A stretch of DNA of 64,000 bases from Malacoraja senta (taxonomy: Eukaryota): the NCBI GenBank assembly GCA_038087875.1, contig CM075987.1:22384001-22448000 (forward strand), given 5' to 3'. Below, one piece after another: positions 1 to 12,960 of the stretch (position 1 is the first letter of the stretch; each line of letters begins with the position of its first letter). The position numbers and the translations under genes are program-made. The notes below the pieces were generated by a model, which had not been told where the DNA came from, searched no databases, and worked only from the letters and a program-made list of their open reading frames with translations.

Positions 1-1135
1 CCAGCCTGTCCAATCTCCCCATAACTAACCCCTTCCAGTTCTGGAAATATTATGTTGAATCTCCTCGTCACTGTCTAGATTCTAGAACAACCACATCCTT
101 CCTATAGTGTGGTGACAAGAAATCCACATAATGCTCCAAATGCAGTTTAGCCAGTGTTTTATAGAATTGCGACATTATGTCTCAATTTCTATACTCTGTA
201 CCCTGACATACGAAAGCAAGCCTGCCATATGTATCCATCCTCTTAACCAGTGTTGCCACTTTCAGGGAACTGGGAACTTGAATCCAAGGTCGGCACAGTG
301 GCGCAGCGGTAGAGTTGCTGCCTTACAGCTAATGCAGCGCCGGAGACCCGGGTTCAATCCCGACCACGGGTGCCATCTGTAAGGAGTTTGTACGTTCTCC
401 CCGTGGGGTTTCCTCCGAGATCTTCGGTTTCCTCCCACGCTCCAAAGACGTGCAGGTTTGAAGGTCATTTGGCTTGTTTATAAGTGTTAATTGTCCCTAG
501 TGTGTGTAGGATAGTGTTAATGTGTGGGGATCGCTGGTCGGCGCGGACTCGGTGGGACGAAGGGTCTGTTTCCGCGCTAAACTAAACTAACCTATCTTCA
601 AGCTAAACTAAACTAAAAATCTCTAGGAGAGGGAGAAACCCTGTAAGAGGGCGCACCTTCAGGGGAAGAGGAATAAAACCAGAAAGTAAAAGATGGTGTT
701 TTGCTGAATGAGGGGAAAAAAGGAACAATTCAGTCAACCAGTCAAAGACATCTTTTACTGCCAGTACCCGGGTTTCTCACGAGAGGGACTAGCTGCTTAA
801 TCACACGCAGATGGTCTGAGTTGTCACATTAGTTTCACTCGACCACTGGGCAATATTAAATGTTATTTTTTTATTCTAATCTTTAAAGTGTAGGTTAGGG
901 GAGATGTTCTGTAATGTTCCATTCCCTGATCAAAAGGAAGCAGCTTTCAGAGGTTTGACAAAGGCCTGAGACAGAAGGGATGGAGGCAGAGCGGAGCCTG
1001 TAATCAGACGCTGTAACTCGATATACTGCTGCACACATCCCACCCCAGAGGGGATTTTCCATTACACAGACACAGCAGAATGTGAACACTCTCTCACTGC
1101 TTCCTGCTCCTCCCCTCCCCCTCCAACTCACAGAG
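1..1135 (-). repeat. Inverted duplicate of 29014-30148, ending at the assembly gap
   Basis: Position i pairs with 30149-i. ORFs 131-382(+)/29767-30018(-) and 262-468(-)/29681-29887(+) translate identically, and the match runs to the first N. Confidence 0.95.
292..617 (+). mobile_element. tRNA-derived SINE (HE1/V-SINE type)
   Basis: A-box TGGCGCAGCGG, B-box GGTTCAATCCC, conserved body TTTCCTCCCAC.CTCCAAAGACGT, (AAACT)n tail; many copies in the window. Confidence 0.88.
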
Positions 1136-1335
1136 NNNNNNNNNNNNNNNNNNNNNNNNNNNNNNNNNNNNNNNNNNNNNNNNNNNNNNNNNNNNNNNNN
1201 NNNNNNNNNNNNNNNNNNNNNNNNNNNNNNNNNNNNNNNNNNNNNNNNNNNNNNNNNNNNNNNNNNNNNNNNNNNNNNNNNNNNNNNNNNNNNNNNNNNN
1301 NNNNNNNNNNNNNNNNNNNNNNNNNNNNNNNNNNN
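1136..1335. other. Assembly gap (exactly 200 N)
   Basis: Run of 200 N; a round size suggests an unsized scaffold join. Confidence 0.99.
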
Positions 1336-1624
1336 GGTCCAATTGTCACTCTATATTGTAATAGACTCCAACTTCCTGTATTCAACACTGCAAACTAGAA
1401 ACTGCCAGATCCCGCTACTCCCTTGGTGGCTGTGAACTAAAGCAATGGGCCCCTAGTCATCGGCTTGCTGGATACCACAGCATGGAATCCAAGTTATAGC
1501 TCTGATTCTTTTCTCCCTGGCGTCCTGACCATAGTTCAGGTTATGCACATCCAAATAGTCATTAAGTGGCTGTTAGCATAGGCAAAAGTAACATGTTATT
1601 TGACTGCAGTCAGATTTTAACAAA

Positions 1625-1930
1625 GGCACAGTGGCACAGCAAGTGGAGCTCTGCCTCAAAGTTTCAGTGACTAGGGTTCAATCCTGACCTCAGGTGCTAT
1701 CTATGTAGAGTTTTCACATTCTCTTGTGGGTGTGGGTTTCGTCCGGGTGGTCTGGTTTCATTCCATATCCCAAAGAAATGCAGGTTAATTGGCCACCACA
1801 AATTGTCTCGAGTGTGCAGGGCAGTTGATGGAAATGTGGGAAGATGTACAAAGGGATTAGTGTAGGATTAGTGTGAATGGGTGCTTGATGGTTGGTATGG
1901 ACATGTGGGCTGAAGGATCTGCTCTACAAA
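1625..1930 (+). mobile_element. Diverged HE1-type SINE
   Basis: GGCACAGTGGCACAGC head, GGTTCAATCCTGAC B-box, decayed body. Confidence 0.75.
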
Positions 1931-3071
1931 TCTAATTATGCACTAAAAAGGTACCTCCTTTGTGCAGGTTCCTGATTTATTCAACTCCCCTCAATTCTTT
2001 GCAGCCTAAGGGAACCAAATTACTGGTAGTGGTCAGCCTGGTGAACATTAGTGGCTGGCCTGTCCCCGGACTTCAGCCATCGTACTAACATTTTCAAGTC
2101 TCCTGCATTTATCCTGCTCCTGGTTTCAATGGGTTATTGTTTAGTTACTTGCAGTTCAAGACCGAAGGGCACCTTGCTTGAAGATAGACACAAAATGCTG
2201 GAGTAACTCAGCAGCATCTCTGGTCGAGACCCGAAACTTCACCTATACCTTCTCTCCAGAGATGCTGCCTGACCTGCTGAGTTACTCCAGCATTTTGTGT
2301 CTATCTTCGGTGTAAACCAACATCTGCAGTTCCTTCCTACACCTTGCTTGAAGACGTAGGTTGTGGCAGCATCACCACCTGTGATGGTTGCTGGATTGTC
2401 AATGGCTGTGGAATGACCAAATGACCACCGACAAAGTTCTCGGTGCAATATGAGATTAAAAAAAAACTAAACTAAATTAAACTAAAGTAAACTAAACTAA
2501 ACAAAACACAGAAAGAAGGGCTCCTTACACCATCTCACTAACATCTACTGGAAAGGAAGTACTGGAGTTAAACAGGATATCTGAAACCGTGGTCCCCAGA
2601 GAGTGGGAGATAGGAGTCGCACAGCTGGCGACAGATTTTTTTTTCATCCAACACATACACATCTGGGCTGGTGTCAGAGGAGGTGAAGGATCATCATGCA
2701 CGCAATGCCAATATCCTTATGTGGGAGCTCGTAATCATTCCTTTACAATCCTGAGGCCTTCGTTCATCCCTCGAGGTGTGCAGCAAGAGCAGATGATGAC
2801 TCCTCGTCAGAGAAAGTGCAGCGATGCATAAATTATTGCCAAACATCCCCCAGCAAAACAGTCAGACTTCAGTGGGCTGTCATGCCTCACACATCATATC
2901 CGAGCCAGAGCAAATGACAGAGACAGGTCATAAAGTCATGGAGAGATACGGCATTCAGCCCATCAAGTCCATGCCAACCATCAATCACCCATTTACACTC
3001 ATTGTAAATAAATGAGAGGTTTCGCCTCTCATTTACACATGGGGGGCAACTTACAGTGGAAAATTATACTA

Positions 3072-4063
3072 GACACAACAGTGGTGGGACTCATCAGCGG
3101 AGATGATGAATCAATGTACAGGGAGGAGGTAAAACAACTAGTGGACTGGTGCGGCAAAAATAATCTAGAACTAAATGTGGAAAAAACAAAGGAGATGGTT
3201 GTCGACTTCAGGAGGACGCAGCCAAAGCATGCACCCCTTAACATCAGTGGCGCCACAGTGGAGAGAGTGGAGAGCATAAAGTTCCTCGGGGTGCAAATTA
3301 CAGACAGCCTCACCTGGTCCAGAAACACCACTGGGACCGTCAAAAGGGCCCATCAGCGACTGCACTTCCTGAGGAAACTAAAACAGGCCTCACTCCCCAC
3401 TAACATCCTCAGGACTTTCTACAGGGGTACGGTGGAGTCTGTACTCACGTACTGTTTAAATACGTGGTACTCCACCTGCAACTGCTCGGACAGGAAGGCT
3501 CTGCAGAGGGTAGTGAGGGGAGCAGAGAAGATCATTGGCGTCTCCCTACCCTCGGTACAAGAACTGTTCCTGAGCCGCTGTCAGAAAAAAGCTCAAAAAA
3601 TTGCCAAGGACAAAATGCACCCCCTCCACATACACCTGGATCTCCTGCCATCAGGCAAGAGATATCGCAGCATCAAAGCCCGGACTACAAGACTGCTAAA
3701 CAGCTTCCTGCCATATGCTGTGAGGCTGCTAAACAGCCACTCTGTACTCAGTCACCTGATTCTGCGGCTTGGCACGGACACTATAATAACTGGCACTGGC
3801 CACTTCAATAACTGGCACTGGCCACTCAAATCAGCCACCCCGGACATGTTTATGATTGGTCTTACTGTACTTTAACGTTGTTTGTATTTATTTTAACTTA
3901 TACTGTTCCATCAGGGACTGGATTGTTTTAGTGTTGTTATTATTATGTGTGAAATGTTTTAAACGTCATGTGCGATGCTCCGGTATTCCCTGGGAAACGT
4001 CTTTTCGTTTTGCACTGCACAACTGTTGCTTGCAAGATGACAATAAAGGAATTGAATTGAATT
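3072..4063 (+). mobile_element. 5'-truncated Rex1/Babar-type LINE (RT C-terminus and 3' UTR)
   Basis: ORF 3012-3875 reads DTTVVGLISGDDESMYREEV...LELNVEKTKEMVVDFRR...KFLGVQI...LLPSGKRYRSIKARTTRL; AATAAA followed by an (ATTGA)n tail. Confidence 0.88.
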
Positions 4064-4139
4064 AACAGGCGCCTCGGTTTCGATTTATTTATCACAGGCA
4101 CAATGAAAAACTCCAAACAGAACAGATATCAGCAATTGA

Positions 4140-5000
4140 ATCATCCTACCACAACTTGAGAGCAGTCCTGAACTACTATGTACCTCATTGGTGTCCCTTG
4201 GCCTATCTTTGATCGGACTTTACTGGCTTTACCTTGCACTAAACATTATTCCCTTATCATGTATTGTAATGGCTCGATTGTAATCATGTATTGTCTTTAT
4301 GCTGATTGGTTAGCATGCAAGAAAAGCTTTCACTGTACCTCGGTACACGTGACAATAAACTATACAAAGAAATACCATACTTTACCAAACCTGAATGTAA
4401 TCCAATTCAAGTACAATTTATAGAACAAGGGGGAAGATACAGAGTGCAGACTATAGTTCTCAGAACTGAGCACATCAGTTCCATAGACAAAGTTCAGTGT
4501 ACAAGATGGAGTAAAGGTGAATCGGACAGTACCCTAGACTATGGAAGGGTCATTCAGAAGCCTGATAACAGAGGGGAAGAAACTGTTCCGGTGGTGAATG
4601 CTTTCAAGCTTCTGTACCTTTTGCCAGATAGGAGCAGGGAGAAGAAGGAATGACCAGGGTGGAACACATCTTTGATCATGTTGGCTGCTTTTCTGAGGCA
4701 GCGTGATGTAGACGGAGTCAATGGTGGGAGAAAGTCAAGTCTGTGTGATGGACAGGGCTACATCTACAGCTCTCTGCAATTTATTGGGGTCTTTGGAAGA
4801 GATGATCCCAAACCAAGCAGTGATGCAGCCCGACAGTATGCTTTCTATGGGGCATCTGTAGGAGTTTGTAAGAGTCATTGGAGACATGCAGAATTTACCC
4901 AATCTTCCCAGGGGCATTGATGTGTCTTCTTGGCTGTCACATCTATGTAGTTGGTCCATGATAGACCATTGGTCGATGTGGACCCGGAGGGCCAAAGGGC
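4140..5000. mobile_element. Cluster of decayed Rex1/Babar-like 3' fragments (both strands)
   Basis: Minus-strand peptide IESILSGCITAWFG...KLQRAV; 3' UTR motif AAAAGCTTTCACTGTACCTCGGTACACGTGACAATAAAC. Confidence 0.7.
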
Positions 5001-5097
5001 CTGTTTCCATGCTGTATCTCTAAACTTAATTAAACCACGACACTGCATGCTTTCATAATGGATCTTCCACTCGCAAAGCCCTCAAAGCCTATCATCT

Positions 5098-5530
5098 TCA
5101 AGTTCAAGTTCAAGTGAGTTTATTGTCATGTGTCCCTGATAGGACAATGAAATTCTTGCTTTGCTTCAGCACAACAGAACATAGTAGGCATTGACTACAA
5201 AACAGATCAGTGTGTCCATATATCATTATATAAATATGTACACACATGAATAAATAAACTGATAAAGTGCAAATAACAGATAATGGGCTATTAATGTTCA
5301 TAGTTTTGTCCGAGCCAAGTTTAATAGCCTGATGGCTGTGGGGAAGTAGCTATTCCTGAACCTGGTCGTTGCAGTCTTCAGGCTCCTGTACCTTCTACCT
5401 GAAGGTAGCGGGGAGATGAGTGTGTGGCCAGGATGGTGTGGGTCCTTGATGATACTGCCAGCCTTTTTGAGGCAGCGACTGTGATAGATCCCCTCGATGG
5501 AAGGGAGGTTTACTACTCTTTGTAGTCTTT
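5098..5530 (-). mobile_element. Rex1/Babar-type LINE 3' fragment
   Basis: LPSIEGIYHSRCLKKAGSIIKDPHHPGHTLISPLPSGRRYRSLKTATTRFRNSYFPTAIRLLN; (CTTGAA)n tail. Confidence 0.85.
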
Positions 5531-5767
5531 CATCTTTCAGAGAAGTTCTCAGCAGCCCGTTACCGTCAGAGGAGTACCAAGGGTTATCAGAACCATAATA
5601 ACAATAACACACACAACTTCAGAATTACGAGGCCACCCATTTAACATGGAGATGAGAATGTATTCTTTAAAGAGTTGTGAATCTTTGGAATCCTGCAGAA
5701 TCATTTATGCATTTAATTTGTGATTTATGCAGCATGAAAACAGGCTCTTCGGCCCAACTCGTCTAAG

Positions 5768-6026
5768 TGAGCAGCACCTCATATTCCGCTTGGGCAGTTT
5801 ACACCCCAACGGCATGAACATTGACTTATCTAATTTCCAGTAGCCCTTATTGTCTCCTCCCCTTCTCAGCTCTCCCTCAGCCCTCTGACTCCTCCTCTTC
5901 CTTTCTTCTTCCCACCCCCCCCACCCTACATCAGTCTGAAGAAGGGTTTCGACCCGAAACGTTGCCTATTTCCTTTGCTCCATAGATGCTGCTGCACCTG
6001 CAGAGTTTCTCCAGCACTTTTGTCTA
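5768..6026 (+). mobile_element. Penelope-like 3' fragment (end of GIY-YIG ORF plus hammerhead-like motif)
   Basis: Matches 28125-28401 (GAGCAGCACCTCATATT...ATGAACATTGAC), then CTGAAGAAGGGTTTCGACCCGAAACG. Confidence 0.8.
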
Positions 6027-6626
6027 TGCCTCATCTAAGCGAGTCTAATGTCCCACGCTTGGCCTATATCACTCGAAACCTTTCTTATTCATGTGTCTTT
6101 CCAAATGTCTTTTAAATGTTGTTATTGTACCTGCCTCAAGTATCATCTCTGACATCTGGTTCAATGTATCCACAGCACTCTGAGTGAAAAATGTTGCCTC
6201 TCAGATTCCTATTAAATCTTTGCCCTCTCACCTTAAACACCTCTATAAAGTCACCCCTCAGCCTCAGCCCACTGGGCTGCAGAAGAGGAGTTTTTAAGTA
6301 GAACCAAGGCAGAGATGGAGAGATGTTTGCTCGAGGAGAGAGTCAAAGATTCTGGGAACCTGCAAAGAAGTGGAACTGAGGCCAAGGTCAGAAGAACTAG
6401 GATATTATTGAAAGGCAGAGCAGGCTCGAGGGGCCGAGTGGCTTACAGCTGCTCCTATTCCGATGTTCCTCCGTGATGCTCCAAAGAACTTCCCCGCTTT
6501 ACCTCTCTCTCAGCTGAACCCCCCGTGCTATCTCTGGTGACCCAAGGGCTGAGACTGCCTTGTACAGGTGCCGGCAATGGCCGCCATGCAAGGACTCTCC
6601 CGAGTCAGAGCAGCGAACTGAGCAGC

Positions 6627-6810
6627 ATAGAAACATAGAAAATATGTGCAGGAGTAGGCTTTTCGGCCCATCGAGCGAGCATGGCTGATCATCCCGAATC
6701 AGTACCCTGTTCCTGCTTTCTCCCCATATCCCTTGATTCAGTTAGCACAAAGAGCTCTATCTAACTCTCTCTTGAAAACATCCAGTGAATTGGCCTCCAC
6801 TGCCTTCTGT
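6627..6810 (-). mobile_element. CR1 LINE 3' end fragment
   Basis: Reverse complement of the 3' UTR and tail of the CR1 at 39168-40640. Confidence 0.8.
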
Positions 6811-7474
6811 CCGAAGAAGGGTCCCGACCCGAAACGTCACCCATCCATTTTCTCCGGAGATGCTGCCTGACCCCTGAGTTTCTCCAGCACTTTGATCCTC
6901 TCTTCAGCAGGTTTCTCTACCCTGTGTCCCTCTTGTTCTCTCTGATTCCCGGTTCTGATGAAGAGCCTTCAACCTGAATCCTTAACAGGAGACACAAGAA
7001 ACTGCAGGTGCTGGAATCTTGAGCAGAAGACAAAGTACTGGAGGAACTCAGCGGGTCAGGCAGCATCTGTGGAGGGAATGGACAGACCACATTTGAGACT
7101 GATTTGCTAACTGTTTCTCTTTCCACAGAAGCTGCTTGACCTGCTGTGTGTTTGCAGGAGTTTCCGTTTTCACACCAAGTAATTATTTTGGGTGACATTG
7201 ATTCAGTCTGAAGAAGGGTCCCGATCCATAACGCCACCTGTCCAATCCGTCCACAGGTGCTGCCTGCCCCGCTGAGTTATTCCAGCACTTTGTGTTTTGT
7301 TCAATATTCCAGCGTGTGCCGTTCCTTGTGTCTCCGTCTTAATATCCTTGTGTAGGGAGGAACTGCAGTCTAGATACACTGGAGATAAACATGGATATGT
7401 TGGAGTAACTCAGCAGGTCAGGCAGCATCTCTGGAGAGGAATAGGTAAAGTTTCGGGTGGAGACCCTTCTTCAG

Positions 7475-8658
7475 GGGTGGGAGATTGCAACCTTCACGTG
7501 ATCCACCCTATTTCGACGAATGCAATCAACCCGGCGTGCACAATCATATAAGATTAGGTATGTTACAATACTTACCTTCAGCGCGCTGCAATTCTGCCAC
7601 TGGCCGTGTGCGCGATTTTGGTGCCTTAGAGGGGGGGTTAAAACGCGGGTTTCTCCTACCTTGTCCTGAATTATATTTCGTTGGAGTACAAGCGTTTGCT
7701 GAAAAATCGTTCCTACGGGCGTTTTGTGTATTTTTTATTTTTATTAAATCGACAATGTCAGCACTGGAGTTATTTTAAAATCAGCTTCGAAAGCCGTCAA
7801 CGCCGACAACGGGGACGGATTTCACACACGGGACAGGTAAACGAAAGCAGTTTATTTTTTTGTATAAAAGTGCTTCTTAAGAAGCCTTTAATTCATTTTT
7901 TAAAATGCGAAACGGTGATTCTTTTCCCCGAACTAACGGCAGAATTTTTCATGCTGATACGGGGTTAAATTCACCGCAAATCAATGTTCCAATTGATCGC
8001 GGTCCAGAAAACCCCACTCGCAAGATGATTTAAATGCCCATTAATTTACAGGTATTAAACATTCAATTCCTTCCATTTGGCCTGTAAATCCATGACAATG
8101 AGATTAAAAAATTATGTTATATTGTGAATTCTTGTGTGAATGTTATTTGGACACTTAGGCTATTTAAAAATGTTAATCTATTCTTAAGAAATTGATAGAT
8201 GTTTAGATCTAGTAATTGAATTTTGTAATTAGCTACAATTAGGTAACTAACTAATTATATGCTTTAATTTCATGTCATCTAAGTAAGATTGTTTCATATT
8301 TGTTTCAGAATGCTTCAATCTATAATAACTGAAAATTTCTTTCAGTTCTCTTAATTTTTAAGAAAGTTATGGGCTTTTGACTGTCCTCGATCACAGCTTT
8401 TGTGTTAAGTCAATGGAAAAGCAATAGGGAACAAAATGCTAATTTCCGAGTATGAAAATGGCCATAAATTTCATAATACTGAAGATATGAAAGTGAATTA
8501 GGTGTCAAATTAAACTTCTTTTTATGCTTTATCTGATGGGATAAATTTCAGACTTTATTTTTAAAATCTCAAAATGTTGTAACATTGCTAATATAAGATC
8601 AAATAGAACAAGTTGTCCTACAACTTTAGGCTGCGTACGTCATACGCAAGAAGAAGGG
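7475..8658 (+). mobile_element. Short retro-type insertion with (AAG)n tail and 13-bp TSD, interrupted by a DNA transposon
   Basis: Direct repeat GACCCTTCTTCAG at 7462-7474 and 8659-8671; 3' end CGCAAGAAGAAG. Confidence 0.65.
7555..8590. mobile_element. Non-autonomous DNA transposon with imperfect TIRs and 9-bp TSD
   Basis: Ends TAGGTATGTTACAA ... TTGTAACATTGCTA; flanking ATATAAGAT at 7546-7554 and 8591-8599; AT-rich interior with no transposase ORF. Confidence 0.8.
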
Positions 8659-8999
8659 GACCCTTCTTCAGACTGAGAGTCAGGGGCGAGGGGAGACACA
8701 GAGATGAGGAAGTGTAAGGTGTGGAAACGAGACATAGAGCTGGAGAGCAGGAGGAATCACAGAGGGGGGAGCAGCGAGAGAGGGCGTTGCAGAACTGTCG
8801 CCGGAGAGAGGTTGAGAACTCCTTCAAAGTAGGCAATACTTTGGGGAGATTTCGCAGTGGGGCAGACGAGATGTGTAGGAAGGAACTGCGAATGCTGGTT
8901 TACAGGGAAGATAGACACAAAATGTTACTGTGCATCGTGTGAATAATAAGCAGCGGGGAGGAGAACTTCCTTGTTGTTGTTGTTGTGCAGCATCTCTGA

Positions 9000-10600
9000 G
9001 AGGCCGGAGCTGTGATACGTGAGACATCACCTCTGACAGTGTCGGACTCCCCCGGCGTGGCCTCGGGAGTGGGAGCCCGGCTGTTGTGTTGCAGCCTCTG
9101 ACTCAAACTCAACTCCAGAGAGTTAATCCCAAACACGTTGCCCCCCCCCCCCCCCCACCAGGCCACCGCTGGCCTCTCCCAGGGGGGAACTAACGGAGCC
9201 CCTGTAACCGAGTTGCTCTCATTGCCAGCACCTGTACAAGGGTCTCTGCACCAGTTTCAGAGCCGCTGTCCATGTGTTTAGTTAAACACAACGTGCTGGG
9301 GGTGAACGCAACGGATCGGGCAGCGTCTGTGGAGGGAATGGAGGGTGTTTGACGTAGGGGAGGGTGGAGGGGGGGGTGGGGGAAGCTGGAAAAGAGGCGA
9401 GGGCTCCAGCACTTTGTGTTCTACTGTCAGACTCCAGCATCTGTGGTTCGTTGCGCCTCCACCGCCTGCTTCCCCACTGATGGTGTCGCTATTGATCCAC
9501 TCAAGCTGCTCGCTCTCCTTTTCTGTAAACTCCTGCCTTTTTATTTGTTGCAAAAACTTTCAGTGCTCCGTCTGATCCTGTGGTTCGCGAAGTGAAACTT
9601 CAACCCAGCAGGTTGACATTGGTCCCCGGTACAGACACACACAGGTACCTGGCTGCACTCACTACCCCGGGACTGACTGACTCACAGCGGGCGGGCAGCT
9701 TGCACTCTGAGACAGCTACATTCACAGCGACCGGTCGCTGCAAGAGGCTCAACTTCTTTAAAACGGGGGGGATTTTCAAAATAATAAAACTGCAAAGTCC
9801 TCGTTGTTGCCTTTCTAATGCGAGACAGCCGCCCCTCATCACCTGCGCCTCCTTTCCTCCAAGCTCATGTGGACATTATTCCCCCTTTCACGATTCTTTC
9901 CCTCGCATCTCTTGCTTCTGAAACCCCCTTTATCTGTAAACTTAAAAAAAAAAATCCCAATCCTATCTCGACCCATCTCTGCGTTTCTCATTGCTCTCGC
10001 CTCTTGTGTAAATTGCCACGGCGCCTGTTCCCACAAGGCACGGCTCCGACTGCCTCCCCTCCCCTCCCCTGCCCTGTACACATCTTCCTGCCCCCTCTCC
10101 CAATCTGCCCTCATCCCCTCTACCACCCCCCCCCACTATCTTCCCTTTCCCTGCCAATTTTCTCTCCCCTCTACCCCTTCCCCTCCCTGTCCGCATCTTT
10201 CTCCCCCCTCTACCTCTCCCCCTCTCCCCTCCACTTCTCCTCGCTCTGCATTTCTTTGTCTCTTCGCGTCCCACATTCAACCCGCCCCGTTTATTTTCCT
10301 CTGGATTTTTTTTCCATCCTTTCTCCTTCTCTTTAATTTTAAGATGGAGGCAGGATTGGTGTTTCAAGGGCAGAAGCGAGTGACAATAAGAGGGCGAGGA
10401 AGGCTGGTGGAGGCAGAAGGACAGATAGTGTTTGTAGCGCCCTGAGTGTGTGACCGACCCCCTGAAGTTGACATGCAGCGCTGCCCTTTAAAACTGGCTG
10501 AGTGAGGCACCGGCGTTGGGGAACCGATGGGCGGAGGGTTGGTGTTTGTGGCCGCTGATGCAACACCAGTTACCGCGTACTCCTGGGATGTGTTTCACTG
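9000..10600 (-). promoter_or_regulatory. CpG-enriched candidate promoter / non-coding first exon
   Basis: CpG-rich, mostly unique sequence in a CpG-depleted background; GC box GGGCGG near 10530 and TTTAAA near 10490; pyrimidine tract 10050-10260. Strand is a guess. Confidence 0.4.
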
Positions 10601-11199
10601 CCTTAGGGATCAGGAAATACATTTCGTTTCGTCCTATTTTATCCAACTTCAGTTCGACTTCGTCGGACCAAAATCAATTTAAGCGCCACCCATTCCTTCT
10701 CTCCCGAGATGCTGCCTGTCCCGCTGAGTTACTCCAGCTTTTTGCGTCTGCCTTCGGTTTAACCAGCATCTGCGGTTGCGTCCTACACATAATCAATTTA
10801 AAGTACTTACATGGTTGTAAAGTACGCTGGGATGTCCTAGGGATGTGCATGGCGCCATGTAAATGTAAGGCATTACTTTCCAGTGGACAGGGCGGTTGTG
10901 AAGTGATCTTCATACGTTATAGGAGCAGAATTAGGACATTCGGTCTAACAGCAACACACTGGCACCATGGCCCTAATGTGCATCGTTGGCAGGACCTCAT
11001 ATTTTGCACTGGGCTTCACTGTTTTCATCAGCAATATGCCAATCTGCAACACATTTGTCGACAACTTTGACAATTTAGTAGGTTTTGGGCAGACCAAAGA
11101 GGGCATTTTACCGAGTTGATAGGCTTCCAGCAACAGTTGATGCTCATCTCTGCGAATGTCTGTGTGGACATGTGGAGGAGCTCTGAACACTGCATTATG

Positions 11200-11435
11200 C
11201 TGAAGATAGACACAAAATGCTGGAGTAACTCATCGGGACAGGCAGCATCTCTGGAGAGCAGGAATGGGTGATGTTTCGGGTCGAGACCCTTCTTCAGGCC
11301 CTGTCTAAAGAAGGGTCTCGACCCGATACGTCACCCATTCCTTCTATTCAGAGATGCTGCCTGTCCCACTGAGTTACATCAGCATTTTACATCTATCTTT
11401 GGTGTAAACCAGCATCTGCAGTTCTTTCCTAAACA
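11200..11435. repeat. Head-to-head (fold-back) pair of Penelope-derived short elements
   Basis: GAGTAACTCA..GCAGCATCTCTG..TTTCGGGTCGAGACCCTTCTT followed by its reverse complement. Confidence 0.8.
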
Positions 11436-11585
11436 CTGCTGCGTTATGCTGCTGCCCTTGATAAATCCCATCCATTGGCATCCCATCCTAAATCTTACTG
11501 GCAGAGGCTCCAGGAGTAGACAAATGATCCTCTTTCTGCAGTGCAGGTACCTGGAGTGCAGCCCGCAATGGCACTGAGGTTCCAG

Positions 11586-11871
11586 CTTTAGTTTAGAGAT
11601 AGTGTGGAAACAGGCCCTTCGGCCCACCATGTCCAAACCGACCAGCAATCACTCATACCTTAGTTCCACCCAACACACTGGGGACAATTTACAGACCAAT
11701 TAACCTACAAACCTGCACAACTTTGGAGTGTGGAAGGAAACCGGAGCACCCAGAGAAAATACATGCGGTCATAAGGAGAACGTACAAACTCCATACAGAC
11801 AGCACCCGTAGACAGGATCAAATTCAGGTCTCAGGCGCTGTAAGGCAGCAACTCTACTGCTGGCCACTGTG
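11586..11871 (-). mobile_element. HE1-type SINE
   Basis: Reverse complement of the 292-617 family. Confidence 0.85.
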
Positions 11872-12614
11872 CTATTCATCAAGTTTCTTATGTGGAGGGA
11901 TCTTTTCACCATCAGCCAAACAAGAACTTGGTGTTTATTTGAAAGTTCTGATGATAGGTCAATCTGCCAAATGATTTTTGCAGTCTGTTTCAATAACCAA
12001 GGGACAGGGGCCACCTTCCTCTCCTACCGTGCTGCAACAATGTTCTGTGCACTAATCTGATGGATTAGTGGTGAAAGGTTTTCTTCTACAAGTGACAAGT
12101 GGTTCAGCACAATACACTGGAAGGACCACTCTGCATCCTTTGCAACCTTAAGGATGGAGAGAGCCTGAGCTGTGATGGTGTTCAGTATTTGCGTACATAG
12201 TTTGCTGCAGCCATAAACTAATTCAGACATCAGGATTAGGTTCATTTTTCCACCACTTCTCTGGAGATTTGTACGCCACCTCCTTCTGGATACAATCTGT
12301 TTTGGATTTTGGAAAGAAAAGGACGACGGCTCACATTACTGCTGCAGTGAGGTGACCACCGTGTTTTAGATGAGAGAGTCCCAATGATTCACTACCCTTT
12401 GTGTCATCAAATGTTCATTTACTTCACTCCTAAATGATTTTGCCCTTAAATTTAGACCATAATCCAGTAAAAGAGGAATAAGGATCCCTTTATTATATAC
12501 GCTTATCATCTCCACTTATCTAATCTACATATCAATCTAGATTTGTAAAATCATCTACATTTCACGATGTAGAATATCAAGTATTACATTTCCAATATAA
12601 TCAAAGACTGGTCT

Positions 12615-12960
12615 CAGGCTGCCCATCCTTTCCTCTCCCTGCTCTTGTCCAGCAGAAGATGGACATCACCAAACACTGGAACAGCTTCATCCTCTCTGTA
12701 ATCAGGCTTCTGAATGGTCTTTCCAGAAGGTAGGGAGGGTACTGTTGAATTCATCATTACCCCATTGACGATGTTGGACTTTGTCGATGGAACTGATGGG
12801 CCACAATGCTGAGCACTGTACCTGCACAAGTACAATAGGGAAGGTACAGAGTTGAACGATTGGATTTAGGTAAAGTATTATCTCATCTGTTTGTACAGCA
12901 TGGAAAACAAAGCTTTTCACTGTACCTCGGCACACGTGACAATAATCATTCTAAACCTAA
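12615..12960 (+). mobile_element. Decayed Rex1/Babar-like 3' end
   Basis: Shares 3' UTR motifs (GGACTTTGTC.ATGGAACTGATG, AAAGCTTTTCACTGTACCTCGG) with 4140-4640. Confidence 0.65.

Noticed and set aside
292..365. tRNA-like A/B boxes
   Set aside because: SINE heads continuing into SINE body; no complete cloverleaf.
1082..1435. ORFs spanning the N run
   Set aside because: Artefacts of translating the gap.
9818..10445. Overlapping Pro/Ser/Leu-rich ORFs of 134-192 aa
   Set aside because: Caused by a pyrimidine tract lacking stops; no domain recognised.
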